Shown here: positions 1 to 13,287 of the stretch, piece after piece
Position numbering within the stretch: position 1 is the first letter of the stretch
Layout of the letters: every line of letters begins with the position of its first letter
Source: Eledone cirrhosa
Lineage: Eukaryota
Direction of reading: 5' to 3'
NCBI GenBank assembly: GCA_964016885.1
Contig: OZ024741.1
Span: 327,546,001-327,610,000 of the forward strand
Length of the DNA stretch: 64,000 nt
Position numbers and translations under genes: made by a program
Notes under the pieces: generated by a model
Databases searched by the model: none
Seen by the model: only the letters and a program-made list of their open reading frames with translations
Told to the model about the DNA's origin: nothing

Positions 1-32
1 CTCTCTCTTTAAGATTGGTTACTCTTGAAATG

Positions 33-64
<32 letters not shown>

Positions 65-297
65 TTAGAAACACACAGATACATGCGGACACACACATAT
101 ATACATGAATGCATCCGCACCCAACTGTGAGTTAAGGGTGCCAACTTCACCGATGTTGCTCAATGAATGACTGGGACAGACCAATTCAGTTTGAACTAGA
201 CTGAACCAGTATCAGAGTTAAAAATACATTATGAAGAGAGAAGAAACATTTAGATATAATTAGTAATAAAATGTATCATACCTAAACTGTTCCTAAA

Positions 298-386
298 TTC
301 ATCGACTACGTAGTTTCGTGGCATAAACAAAAACAATATATCAAAGATATAGAGTCCTTGCGAGGTCTGCCGACTTATCAAGAGGA
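298..386 (-). ncRNA. Type I hammerhead ribozyme motif, U3-A8 variant core (probably Penelope LTR-type)
   Basis: Minus strand reads tcctc-TTGATAA-gtcggca...tgccac-GAAA-CTACGTAG-TC-gatga. Palindromic stem III ACTACGTAGT, GUC cleavage triplet, imperfect stem I. Confidence 0.6.
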
Positions 387-732
387 TACCTCATTTTACT
401 GGTCTCAAGAACGCGTCTACACGACGTGAGAAAGAATCCCAAAAGGCGGAGGGGGAGATAGTCACGCGATATAACGGTCGAGAAACAGAGCTAAGCCTCT
501 TATAACCACGAAGAAAATACCACGGAGGCGGAGGGGGTATTCATATCGAGGCCGCAGAAGAGGTAGTGAAGAAGGCGAGAAGTATGAGTAATGGAAGCTT
601 TCCAGTTGTCCCCACACTTCAAAGATTGCTCGACCAGAGGGAGTTATTAATATATTTAGAAACAATAGCATAACGTCTTCGAAATGCTTTTAATTAAGCA
701 TACAGTGTATTGCAAAATACACTATATATATA

Positions 733-795
<63 letters not shown>

Positions 796-909
796 TATTT
801 TGCAATACACTGTATGCTTAATTAAAAGCATTTCGAAGACGTTATGCTATTGTTTTAGAGTAGTAACAGTCTCACTTACTTTAAATTTTCAGCACACAGG
901 GGGAGATAA

Positions 910-954
910 AGTTGACAGAGCTATGTTTCGTACTGATTGGTACTTATCAAAGCC
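910..954 (-). ncRNA. Hammerhead motif, family A (U3-A8 core)
   Basis: Reverse complement: ggct-TTGATAA-gtac caatca gtac-GAAA-CATAGCTCTG-TC-aact. One mismatch in stem I. Confidence 0.6.
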
Positions 955-1049
955 AAGCACGCCACCTGTCCGCTGATCAGTTCCTGATTATTACTAGAAA
1001 TTCTATAAGAATCAAACATTCATGATTTTCAGCAACAGGTGGGGTGCTT

Positions 1050-1094
1050 GGCTTTGATAAGTACCAATCAATACGAAACATAGCGCTGTCAGCT
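1050..1094 (+). ncRNA. Hammerhead motif, family A (U3-A8 core)
   Basis: ggct-TTGATAA-gtac caatca atac-GAAA-CATAGCGCTG-TC-agct. One mismatch in stem II. Confidence 0.6.
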
Positions 1095-1221
1095 TTATCT
1101 TCCTCTGTTTACTGAAAATTTAAAGTAAGTGAGACTGTCACTACTCTAAAACAATAGCGTAAGGTCTTCAAAATGTTTTTAATTAAGCATACAGTGTATT
1201 GCGAAATACACTATATTTACA

Positions 1222-1340
<119 letters not shown>

Positions 1341-2089
1341 TTATGTATATTTATATTTATATATATATGTATGTATATAGCTGTGTAGGAATGTATCTAT
1401 ATAATATAAATATATATCATAGTCGTTTGAGCAGACATGCTAAAAGGAGAATAAATCTATTTTTTACCATTTATTACATTATAGCATGATAGGCAAGCGA
1501 CAAGTAGAGTAGATAACATAGCGTAATTTATGATATATCATTGGTCAATATATGGTATAATAAGACTAGAAAATCAACGTAAAGAAAACGAATGCTCATT
1601 GGCGTCTATTTCTAGCTTAGTTGATATATGAGAGATCAACTTATCTCTTGTACTATTTCCAAAAGCAATATTTTATTTCTTTGCGATAAAAGGTTTTTCA
1701 TTCACATCAGTATTTTGTTTTATTTTTCCTCGTTTTATTTTCTGCTATTTTCTTTATTTTCTCTATATATCTGGTGTTTATTTAAACATTTGTAATCAAC
1801 TTAGATAGATTGCTAAACATTTTAATCTATTGTTGATAAAATGTATATACTTCGTTTGAAAGCAAATGAAATGAAATGAAACACAGAAATATACTAATTA
1901 ATATTTAGTATATAAAAAGGACGATGTAAGTACTATGAATTGTCGACGAAGATGTTACCATATACAGTTACTTATACACAATAACAGACGTACGCACATC
2001 ACACTTACGCATACACTTACACACAGACACTAGCGTTATCTAATAATCTTGTACATGGACTGGGATGTAAAGGCTGTCCCTTCCGCCCT

Positions 2090-2640
2090 CTTCCTTTACT
2101 TCATTTTACTATCCAGCATAGTTACATCCCTTTACGATGTGAGTTCAAATTCGGCCGAGGTTAACTTTGCCTTTCATCCTTACGGGGTCGATAAAATAAA
2201 GTACCAGTAATGTACTGGGTAATTGCTGGCCTTGTTCCTAAAATAGAAACAATTATTTTGTCTAACTTTAGAGCGATGGATTGGCAGTATTGGTAGATTG
2301 TCGAACGCCATGCTTTGCAACATCTATTTGCGACCCTTTATGATCTGAGCTCAAATCCCGCCTAGGTTAACTTTGCCTTTCATCCTTACGGAGTCGATAA
2401 AATAAAGTACCAGTCACGCACTGGGGTCGATTTAATCGACTTTCCCTTCCCCCAAAATTGCTGGCCTTGTGCCTATATAAGACATCATTATTTTCTCTAA
2501 CTTTAAAGGCGGTGGATTGGCATTATTGGTATAATATCAGGCAACATGCTTTGCAGCATAGAGATACGTTCTGGGTTCAAATCACGCGGTGGTTATCTTT
2601 CCCTTTCATTCTGACATGGTAAAAAAATAAAGTACCAATA
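2090..2640 (+). mobile_element. Three tandem tRNA-derived SINE copies (Octopus-type family)
   Basis: B-box-like gagttcaaatcc followed by ttaactttgcctttcatccttacggggtcgataaaataaagtaccag, repeated three times and found elsewhere in the window. Confidence 0.8.
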
Positions 2641-3279
2641 ATGCATATTTCTGGCTGATCAACCCATCTATATAGGCGAAAAATCTATACATTTTCGACT
2701 GTTAAAAGTTCCAGAAGAGTGCAGGGAATGCACTCTTCTGCTGACGGCCACAGCCAGAAATGTATATTGACAGTTCTTCCTCGCTGCACCTGCTGAAATC
2801 CGCAAGACGACTATAACCGTCAACCTTCCATTATTCACAGCTAGAAGTCTTTACAAATGTTTATTTATTAAATATGCAGCATACCATTAGCTATACGAAA
2901 TTCACTTACTTGTATGTATACAGCTATGTCGGTGTCAACAGATGAACATGAAAAAACTTGCCTGAACAATTTTAAATCCTTAATTTTTAATTCTTTTTAA
3001 TTGTAATACTCAACTTTTGGTAAGATGAATTTTACTAATACATCGAAACCGGTAATACTTTACATACGTTATCTACATGATAAAACTCTTTTTTAAATGA
3101 ATTGCCCCTATAATTTTTTTCAATAATGTCACTTTGACGAATCAAAGAAAGGGGAACAAAAAAGAAAAACAGACCCTTAAATATATTTTCCGTGCTATTT
3201 CCAATTTGACGTTTTCTCTATAACCATTGTTTTGTATATAACCATACTTCACTTTTCAAATATATATATATATATATAT

Positions 3280-3312
<33 letters not shown>

Positions 3313-3317
<5 letters not shown>

Positions 3318-3960
3318 CGGGCGGGTAAAATTCCCGAGATCCATGGACTAGTCCTCTCCAGCGGTCTCTGTCCCTCATTATCGCTGCCATGTCCTGCATC
3401 TTCAACAGACGAGTGTCTGTCCTTATGGCATCAACATATGTTAACCTCGGTCTTCTTCTTCCAGTGTGTCCATGCAGGGGACCACACAGGAGCACTGAGT
3501 GCAGTGTCAACTCTGGATGTCGGTGAGCATGTCCGGCTAATCTCAATCTCCTCTGTGTCACTTTTCAGCTGACTTTTGGGAGGCTCCCATACAGCTCTGA
3601 GATTTTCATCCTCAGTCTATACTGATTAATATTCAGAGCCATCCTAAGTATTCTCGTGTAGGACCCATCCACCATCTGATTGAGTTTCTTGGTCAGTGTC
3701 CAAGTCTCATACCCGTACAGCAGCATAGACTCCACTACAGCAATGAAGAGGTGGTTCTTCGGGTCTTTACGAAGGTCCGACTTCCACACCGGTGGCAATC
3801 TGTGGCACGCTTCCCAGGCTTTGCTCTTCCTCTGGACCACATTATCTCCCGTATTCCCAATCTTTGCTCCCAAAGAAATCCTCAACCATCTCTAGCAGCT
3901 TCCTGCCTACGTTAGTTATCCCCTCAAGCGATCGTTCACCAGATTGTGAAACTTTGTATG
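3313..3960 (-). pseudogene. RTE-clade LINE 3' fragment (RT C-terminal region), frameshifted
   Basis: ORFs 3565-3885 and 3256-3561 contain VESMLLYGYETWTL, RRLRLAGHAHR, GRRRPRLTYVD and DRDRWR, all typical of RTE C-termini. Ends in (TA)n. Confidence 0.8.
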
Positions 3961-5109
3961 GAGATCCAAGGACCCCCAGACCGGCTTCAGGTTGTAGTGG
4001 AGTTTGGTCAAACAGGTAACACTTCAATTTCCGGCCCAGAGAAAGTGCCGGCCTTGTATTGCCGGAGCCGTGGATAACAGAAAATAAAAAAAAAACAGTG
4101 AACATGAACTCCGAAATATTGCTGAGATGCCGACTCTCCAGTTAGACAACATTCTCGGCTCTATCATTCAGACATACCAATACAACAATCACTAACTACC
4201 AATAACGGGCTACTCTAATCAAGTAATATCGTTTCAGTCCATTTCAGGTCATATATTCACCTTATTCATCAATCTCAAACAACCATTATCTTACTTAAAA
4301 CCCAACTTAGGTATATTAATTCACCCACATTGTTTAATCATTTCATTCGATTTTACCTTATTTCATTTCATTTTATTCATTTTATTACTTATTCCTTTTC
4401 ATCTCATTTCTACTAATTTCAAGGCAGCTCCATTCCATTCCTAAAACACCAAAACTTAAATACTAATTCATCTCCGCCATTCATATTCAACCTCACCACT
4501 AAACCCTCACCATGTTCCTCTTCATCTACTACTTTACCATCATCATCATCATCATAATTATATTCACCATAAAAAACACAACACCACCTCCTCCTCCTCG
4601 TCTTCCTCTGCTCGTCATCTTTCTCCTCATTATTCTCATTTTTGTGTTTACCATTTTCCTTCATTGCAATATGGCCCTACTTGTCATACTTGTGGTCATT
4701 ATACGAGCCGGCCTTCGGATTCCTGCTGACCACTTAACCGCCTCCCCTCCCCCCCAAATACAACTTTTCCCCCTTTCATTCTTCCCAATTATAATATTTA
4801 TAATTTCTTACCCACCATAAACCAATAGCATGTATATAAAATGAACACGTGACGTATGTCAACAGTTTGGATGGGACCACACAGTTAAACTCTCATATCT
4901 GAAGAAGTGTCGATTAAGAGTTGGGATCCAATCGGATTATCAAAGCCAAGCTGATTGATATGGAAGAAAATTGTAATATGTAATAAAGTTTACAAAAAGC
5001 TGCAATTCCTATTGTCAGTTTATATATATATATATATACATATATAGTTGAAAAAGTGGGTAAATTTCCATTGCCCACTGAACACATGAAAAATACTTTT
5101 TTAATGTGT

Positions 5110-5152
5110 AATATTTGATAAGAATTAGAGGCCATTCAAAACCGGTTATATT
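5110..5152 (+). ncRNA. Degenerate minimal hammerhead (U3-A8 core, G12A substitution), Penelope LTR-like
   Basis: aatat-TTGATAA-gaat tagaggcc attc-AAAA-CCGG-TT-atatt. All three stems pair and GAAA is mutated to AAAA. Confidence 0.55.
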
Positions 5153-5249
5153 TAAGGCAACAATTATAAAGATATTCATTCTGTCGGATCCATGACATGA
5201 GTAATCGTTAAATATGCTACTGTGCATTTTCACTTTTACCTTTTAAGTA

Positions 5250-5255
5250 TGTATG

Positions 5256-5302
<47 letters not shown>

Positions 5303-5372
5303 ATGTGTGTGTGTGTGTGTATGTGTGTGTGTGTGTGTGTGCTTCATAAGTAACTTTATATTACTGCTGCTG

Positions 5373-5446
<74 letters not shown>

Positions 5447-5450
5447 GCTG
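5250..5450. repeat. Compound microsatellite (TA)n(TG)n and (CTA)n
   Basis: Seen directly in the sequence. Confidence 0.95.
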
Positions 5451-7100
5451 ATACTATCTATCTATCTATCTTTATATATATATTTATGTATATGTATACA
5501 TTTCACGGCTCTTATCTCACACACGGATCGATTCTCCCTGTATGTACGCTAATAATAGTTACTTTGAATGTTCTTCTCGCCGAATACCCAAGCAATCAAG
5601 AGTGGTGAACTTTATGAATAATCTTTCATGTAACAGATACCTCTATTATTATAGTATTTGTACCAGAAAAAAACAGAGACAGTCAGAGAAAGAGGGGGAG
5701 ACGGAGTGTTAGGAAGGGGGAGGGTTGACTTCAACTAAAACCTTTTCCATAAAATAGCCTATTTTTCTTTTTTCATGATGCGCTCTTCAGAAAGAATTCA
5801 TCATTTCAAGGTCGATGAAAAGTACCCGTTTAGTTGTAAGGTCGATTTTTCTCCTATTTCTCTTTTCCATTCTCTCATTCTCTATTCTTCTCCTGGTGAA
5901 ACCTGCTGTATTGAGACCTGGAGAGTAGATGGCTTCACCAGGTTTTAAAATGCCTTAGAAACACGGTAAATCATTTCATTGCCCCTACGACTTCCTTGGG
6001 AGTTACCGGACCATGCATGCCTGCATTTAGAAAGAATGTCATTCACGACAAATACTATCATAACCATGAATGTACGTGACATATTAAATAGGGTGTTTGG
6101 TTCACAGGAGTACGCTCATATGTTCGATTCCTGTCGGAGCGAAGCGAGGTGTCTTTGAACACAGAAATTTATTTCACGTTATTACAATCCCGTTAGCTGG
6201 AAAAAAGGAATCTCCACATATGGACTACATTGTGAGTACATGTATCTAGAAAAATACTCAGTGACCTGTACGTTAAGAGTCTGTTGTAGTTTGCTTGAAG
6301 CAGCAGTATATCATTTGAATACGAAAACAATGCAAAAGGAAGGGCTGATTTCGGAAAAAAAACTAAGTCAGCGGAGGTGTTAGTGTGCTAGGATGTCCCT
6401 TGTTATTTAATGTACCTGTGTACCTGTCCACTTTGCATTGCCATAGCCTTCGAACGCCATAATTATACATAATATATATATATATGCTTATAGCTTTGTA
6501 AGTTTGTCACCGATACACATAACATCTCAATAAAAATAGATTGGTAAAAAAATTCTCATTCAGAGAACCAAATACATAGAGAACAACTTAAACAAAATCA
6601 CTGAGGGGCTGATCACAATATAGTAATCTAAAAAAGAACACTTCACAAGCAACTCTCCCTACACACTCGCACGCACACACACATACACACCTCCCCATAT
6701 ATATATATAAAATTATATATAAACCTTTTATAAAGACGTAGAGTAAATATGTATTATTAGTACAGCGATAAATTTTTGCCGTCACCCTTTACCGGGTTCC
6801 CGCTTATGGTGAAAGCAGGATTTCATTCCACAAAATGTTAACCTGTACTATTAATAGAAAGCTGTTGAAAGGGTAACAGCTTAGCCGTCGGGTTACGACT
6901 CTTTCATATAACAATACTCTACTACCTCACTATCGAGTGCTCTGGTGATTGATGGTCTAACCAGTTTCTAAATGAATCCCTTCTGATTTATACCAAATCA
7001 TAATATTATGAAATAAAATACAATTGTTTGGAACTATAAGTGAAGTCATTCTTTTCCTTTTTTTAAATATACCTAACTGTACCAAGGATTTCACACATTT

Positions 7101-7177
<77 letters not shown>

Positions 7178-8053
7178 TATATATATATATATATATACAT
7201 ATACACACACACACACATATATATATATTTGTCCTGCATTTTCATCAAGACACGTTTATACGTGTATTTATGTATATATAATCGTATATATTTACATACA
7301 TGCAAGCATATTTACGATTGCTTAGCTATGATTGCAATTGGATTTCTATATTCACAGTAATATCCTTTCCATTTCTAAAACCATACATTAGGAAGCATCA
7401 AGTAAATGACGATTCCCATATCATTGAACAGTAAAGATTAACGTAGAGCGAACTCTTCTACTTTTTCTTTCTATTATCATATATTGATTCAACGTAAATA
7501 GCATGGACCGGATACGTTACAAAATATCAATATGAAGAACATTTTTTTTTCTTCGTTATTGGCCCGTCAGTATCCAATAATATAGATAGCAATAGATGTA
7601 TATTATGTTGTAGCTGTTGTTGTGATTGCTGTTTTTGTCGTTGTTATTGTTGTTGTTGTTGAGGTTGTTGTTGTTCTTCCTGTTGCTGGTGATGTTATTG
7701 TTGTTGCTGTTTCATTTGCTGTTAATATGTTTTTTTCAGTCTCACTTCAGCCCTGAATATACGCACTAAAATATGATCTAGCAAGGATTACATCTACCCT
7801 TCTCTCATGACTATTTTATTCATGTGAAGCTCGCTTACAGTTTCTCTTCAGTTTAAGGAGTAACAGCTCGTTCATCAGTGAATTTACCAAATTCCACAGT
7901 ATTGAAACTGATGTTTCTCGTCTCAGTCTCGGAGTCTTTGTTTAAGGTCACTCTTCTTCTTCTTCTTCTTCTTCTTCTTCTTCTTCTTCGTCTTCTACCT
8001 CCTCCTAATCCCCCACTTATTATTATTATTATTATTGATATTATTATTATTAT

Positions 8054-10895
8054 TGTTCTTTGAGCCACAGTCATGTATGTTATTTAACTGGAAAGTTTGT
8101 TGAAATGAATATCAAGCCACTACCTGCAGCCTCAGATATTCAGGACGTATCGGAGGGTTCTTGCTGTTCCGAGCAAGCATGCCTTTTGAAGTGTTCCAAA
8201 AAGCGGGGCTGGACTAATCTTCTTTAACCATCCCTGGAAACTCTTTGAGATAGTACCTAGTGCGCCTATGACAATCGGTACGACTCTGACTTCATAGCAG
8301 TTCCAAATCCTTTTTACCTCCCACTTTAAGTCTTGGTATCAGTTAATTTTCTCCCTCTCCCTTTCTTGCACTCTCGTGTCAAATGGGCAGGCTCCATCTA
8401 CAACCAGGCATGATCTTTTTTCCTTGTCCAAAACCACCAGGTCAGGCCTATTGTGTTCCAGTTTCTTATCCGTCTGTATCCTAAAATCCCACAGCACCTT
8501 CACCTGATCGTTTTCTATCACCGACTCTAGCTTATGCTCATACCACTTCTCAGAATGTCGTAAATTATTTACTTTGCATAGGTGCCAGTGGATCACCCTG
8601 CCCATCACATCATGTCTCCAGCTTTTATAGTGAGTCTGGGCTAGGTGTTTATACTCGGATACAATGTGAGCCACAGTCTCCTCTCTCTCTCCACAGATCC
8701 TACAGTGTCGCTAGCCTCCACCTTGTAAATATGGTGTTTCACCCACTTCGTTTTGAGTGCGTGCTCTTGCGCAGCCATTCGCATTCCTTCTGTCTCCTTT
8801 TTAAGGTCTCCTCTTTTTAACCAGTTCCATGTCTGTGGATCTCTAAATTCACTTTTCTCAAAGAAGGTAATATGAAGGGATTTTTCATGAAGGTTGGTCT
8901 TCCTCCTTGTTGTTATTTCCTACTTGGACATCCCCTGGTCTATTGTTCTCTCCTTCAGTACAATTATGAGCATTGGCTCCCTACTGTCGGTCACGTATTT
9001 GTGCAAGTTGTTTTTCTCCATCTGAACACAGTCCTCTATGCTGATAAGACCTCTTCCACCTTCAGATCTCTTTAAGTAGAGTCTATCGACATCACTCCTC
9101 TTGTGGAACATGTTGAAGATAGTCAATAGCTTCTTCGTATTCCTATCCATTTCTTTTTGTTCAGCAACATTCTATTTTAGAATTCCCGCACTGTACCTAA
9201 TAATAGACACAGCTCGGGAATTCACTGCACTTATGACATTCCTACTATTTAGATGTGATTTTAATACGCTCCTCACTCTTCTAATTTACTCAGATCTTAT
9301 CAATTCCTTAATTTTTTTGTTCTTGATGTCATCTGCCTCCAGAACACCCAAATACTTGTAATCTTCTTCAGTGTCAATTTCCTTTATCATTTCACCTGTT
9401 GGTACCTGGATTCCGTTGCTTCTGCTCAATTTACGCCTCTTCGTCACTAGAATTCCACACTTATTAATACCAAATTGCATACATATATCACTGCTGAAAA
9501 TACGGACAGTGTCAACAGTACATCCAACTCATTCTCACTTTTCCCAAAGAGTTTAAGATCGTCCATGAAGAGGAGGTGGTTGATGGTAAGCTCTCCTTTT
9601 CCCAACTTGTATCCTGCTCTCACTTTTCGCAATATGATGGTCAGGGGTATCAGGGCAAGGACAAACAACAGAGGGGACAGACTATCTCCCTGGAAGATAC
9701 CTCTCTTGATCTTCACGCCTCCCAAGATTTCTCCACCCGATGTTAATTATGTTTCCCGGGACTTCATACTTTTGCTCAACAACTGTCTGATGTTATCTGC
9801 CACCTTGAAGATCTCTAGGCTTTTGGTTATCCAAAAATGAGGTACCATGTCGAATACCGTTTTGTAGTCTATCCATCCCATGGCAAGACTAGTATGATTC
9901 CTCTTGCAATTCCACATTACCATCTTATCAATAAGTAGCTGGTCTTTTGTACCACGGGACTTCTTTCGGCATCCTTTCTATTCGTCCGGTAACAAGTTGT
10001 TTGTGTGGAGGTGATGGTAGATTTCCTCAGACACAATGCTTGTTAACAGATTCCACATTACGGATAGACATGTGATAGGTCTATAGTTGGTAACATCATT
10101 ACCCTTGATTAGGTCTTTCATTACCAGGACTGTGGTACCCTTTGTCAACCACTTTGGTACCTCACCCGACATCAAGCAGTCATTGAACATGGTTGTCGGT
10201 TTCGGGTGGAGGGATGTTATATTTTTAATCCAATACGCCTGCACACCATCTGGGCCTGGTGATTTCCAGTTGGTTAGTTTTCTGGCCTGCCCTTTAAGAG
10301 TTTCAACTGTGATACTTAAATCAGTTTGTTGGTGTGCTTGTTCACTAATCTCCTTTTGTACTGTCGTCTCAATCCACACAGCCCGATCATTATGTTTAAT
10401 ATCATGCTCCGATATTCCTCTCCAGAATGTCTTAGACTGTTATGCCTCAGGGATCAAGTCGTTGCCTCTTTCTTCCCTTCAAACTGCCCAAACGACATCT
10501 TCTGGTTATTGTCAAACATGCGGTTCTGTCTATACTGACTGACTCTGCTCTCATACCGCCTAATCTTTGCACTCTTTGCTACAATGCGTTGCTTCAGTTC
10601 CTCTATGATAATATTTAACTTTTTCCTCCTAGTTTTGTACTTTATTTCCAGTCTATTTTTAGTGTCTATGTTTTGTAGTGTCCCATTCAGTAGGGACTCA
10701 AGCTTTCCAATGTGATTTCTCATTTCCATGATTTGACCATTCAGTCGTATCTTCCACCAAGGTTCTGATCTTTCTTGTTTGTCCTCTCGTTTTTATGCCA
10801 AGTAATTTCCTCTCGGCATTTGCTGTTGCTTTGTGGATATTGTTGCATTGGTGAAGGTTCCTCGCCTCAAGATATGGGATGACTTTGTTTACCTT
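8054..10895 (-). mobile_element. 5'-truncated R4/Dong-like non-LTR retrotransposon (RT + CCHC + restriction-like endonuclease), degraded, inserted in (TAA)n
   Basis: WKSPGPDGV, NYRPITCL, GIFQGDSLSPLLF, HLLFMDDLKLF, YKYLG, EGGRGL, RHD..IHWHLC and EHNRPDLVV across minus-strand ORFs 8339-10934. (ATT)n flanks both ends. Confidence 0.85.
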
Positions 10896-11192
10896 AATTA
10901 TTATTATTATCATTGTTTTCATTATTATTATCATTGTTATTATTATTGTTATTATTATTGTTATTATTATTACTTATTATTGAAGGTGAAGCCACGCTTC
11001 TTAAGGCTCCAGTTATTTTTCAACAGTTTACCACGTTTTCAACTGTTCTAAAGCTTTTATTCAAGTTTTAAACTTGATAAAAGTTAGAAGTGACCCACCT
11101 AATACAGGGGTTCACTCGTAAATAATACGGCACCCCTTTACGGGGTGTCGTATTATGTAAAAATATTATTGGAAAAAAAGATTTCTTTCAAC

Positions 11193-13251
11193 ATGGTTAA
11201 CACAAGAAAGAGAGAGAGAGCGCTGTCAGACAACTCAGAGAGAGGGAGACTTTGTCAACATATCAACAAGACAGCGTTCTAGCGAAGGTAAATATAAAAG
11301 AAAATATTACAAAGGAAAAGAGGAACAATATCATTTTTAATGATATTGTTACATATTTAAAATTGCCGAATATTTCTAACACAAACAACACCAACAATAA
11401 CACCAACAACAACACCATCAATAACAACAGCAACAACAAAAATAACAGCGGCAAGGTCGATAACGACAATAACAATGACAGTAACAACAGCCACAACAAC
11501 AATAATAGTAGGAACAGTATCAACAAAAACAACAATAATAACCAACAGCAAGAATAACAGTAACAACAACAGTATCAACGAAAACAACAACGAAAACAAC
11601 AACAGTACCAACGAAAACATCAATAATGACATCGAGACCTGTAACAGCGATCTCAGCACCACAAGAAGACTAGTAGCGGCAGCAATAGTGGTGTCGCTGT
11701 AAAAGGGACCACTTCTTTTGCAGGTGTCACCCGAAATATGGAAACAGTGTTAGTCACAGAGGAGGAGATGGCAGTCGCGAGGGCCATGGTGACAAGAAAT
11801 GCCAATAGAGTTTCCCTGATTGTTTCAAGGACCAGCAGCTACGGACGGGGACTTACCGCACCGTAAGCCAAATGTCACATCGGGTGGAGAGAGCCATGGA
11901 GGCTCAAATCCAAAAGGCCTTGGGGCGCATCTGGGTGCGCAGAACCCACATCACACGAGGCATAAAGTACGCCACAGTAGACGTATTTTTGCAACCCCCC
12001 AAGAAGCGAAGTCAAACTCTTTGGAAACCCTAAAGAATGACGAGATATTATTGGTGCCCGCCTACTGCAGGCAGAAAATTATGAGGGTCAAAGTGACCCA
12101 GGTCACACCCGACGTGCCTATACCTTGGCTGGTCGCGTCTGTCCTTGCTGGAATCGAGGACAGGACGACCATACTACAAATAGAGAAAATAGGGAGGGAG
12201 AACTGGTCAGGTATAGGCATGCAAATGCTTATACAAACTGACCAGGAGTGTATCGATGCTATCCCCGATATCATAGACTTCGAGGAAGGACACCAACTCC
12301 CTATAAGCGTGGAAGGAGGACGGCCAAAGTGTTATCTGTGTGGGTCAAAGGGTCACCTCAGGGCCTTTTGCCCGCAGAAGACAGCAAAGAAGAAGGCCCC
12401 TCTCCTTCCAATACCTGGTCCGCTGCTACCAAGAGCAGGGCAGGCAACAAACGCAGAAGCCCCTTCCATGGTGAGTAGGATGGCAACGTCCGTGGCACCC
12501 GTACCAAGGCCAAAGACAACTTAAGCAGCAGCATCAGTGGCGGCAACAACAGTTACTACATTTGCAGTAGCTGCACCAGCAACAAAATCTCCGGAGAGGG
12601 CTCCACTACCACCACCAACAGCTGTGTAGCCCATACCCCTCCCAGACGCCACGAAATCCAACATGGATTCTAAGGCGGGAGTGAAGTGGCAAACTGTCTG
12701 CCTCAATAGACAAAAAAGAAAAAAAACCCTTAACATCACCCTCTAAAAGCGAAGACACACAAAGAGCGGTAAAGGCTGCAAGGAGACTTGCAGCAACACC
12801 ACCACCATCATCATCACCACCACAAGCACCACCACCAACAGCAACCACATCACCACCATCATCTCCAAAAACACCAACAACGCAAACACAACAAAACACA
12901 CATACCCAACAGCAACAAGAAGAAAACAGCAACAAAATCACACCTAACCCCCAAAAAAGTACACAGCCATAAACATGGCAAATAAAGAACTCATAAAAAA
13001 TATAAAGCAGCGCACAGACATCACAGAAAAAACTACTACACCCCACCAACACCTAGAACTCTCCCGACAAACATAAGCATCATTGATATCAAAATAGAAC
13101 AGTACAAACTTTTAAAACAAAAATTCCCCAACACAGTTTGAGACTTCACAGGGTCGGTTGCCAAAAGGATATACACTGACATCCTCTTGGAAACACCCAT
13201 GACCAGCCAAAGGGACGGTTCTACTGTCTCTTCACCACACGATCAAGGTAA
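11193..13251 (+). pseudogene. Tx1 copy A ORF1 (Asn-rich N-terminus, CCHC knuckle, Thr/Pro-rich C-terminus), frameshifted
   Basis: ORFs 11252-11557 and 11820-12524, homologous to ORF1 of copies B and C. Confidence 0.75.
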
Positions 13252-13287
13252 GTGACCCTTTCTCACTTACTCTGTTTCTCATCCACC

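Larger units (their letters stand above)
659..1213. repeat. Inverted cluster of HHR-bearing repeat family A (same unit as 62847-63535)
   Basis: About 660-723 is mirrored at 791-856 around a (TA)n tract. 791-969 is inverted against about 1035-1213. The sequence matches the 322-nt tandem unit near the window end. Confidence 0.85.

Noticed and set aside
4899-4950. CTGAAGA core-like word
   Set aside because: No matching stem II/GAAA box.
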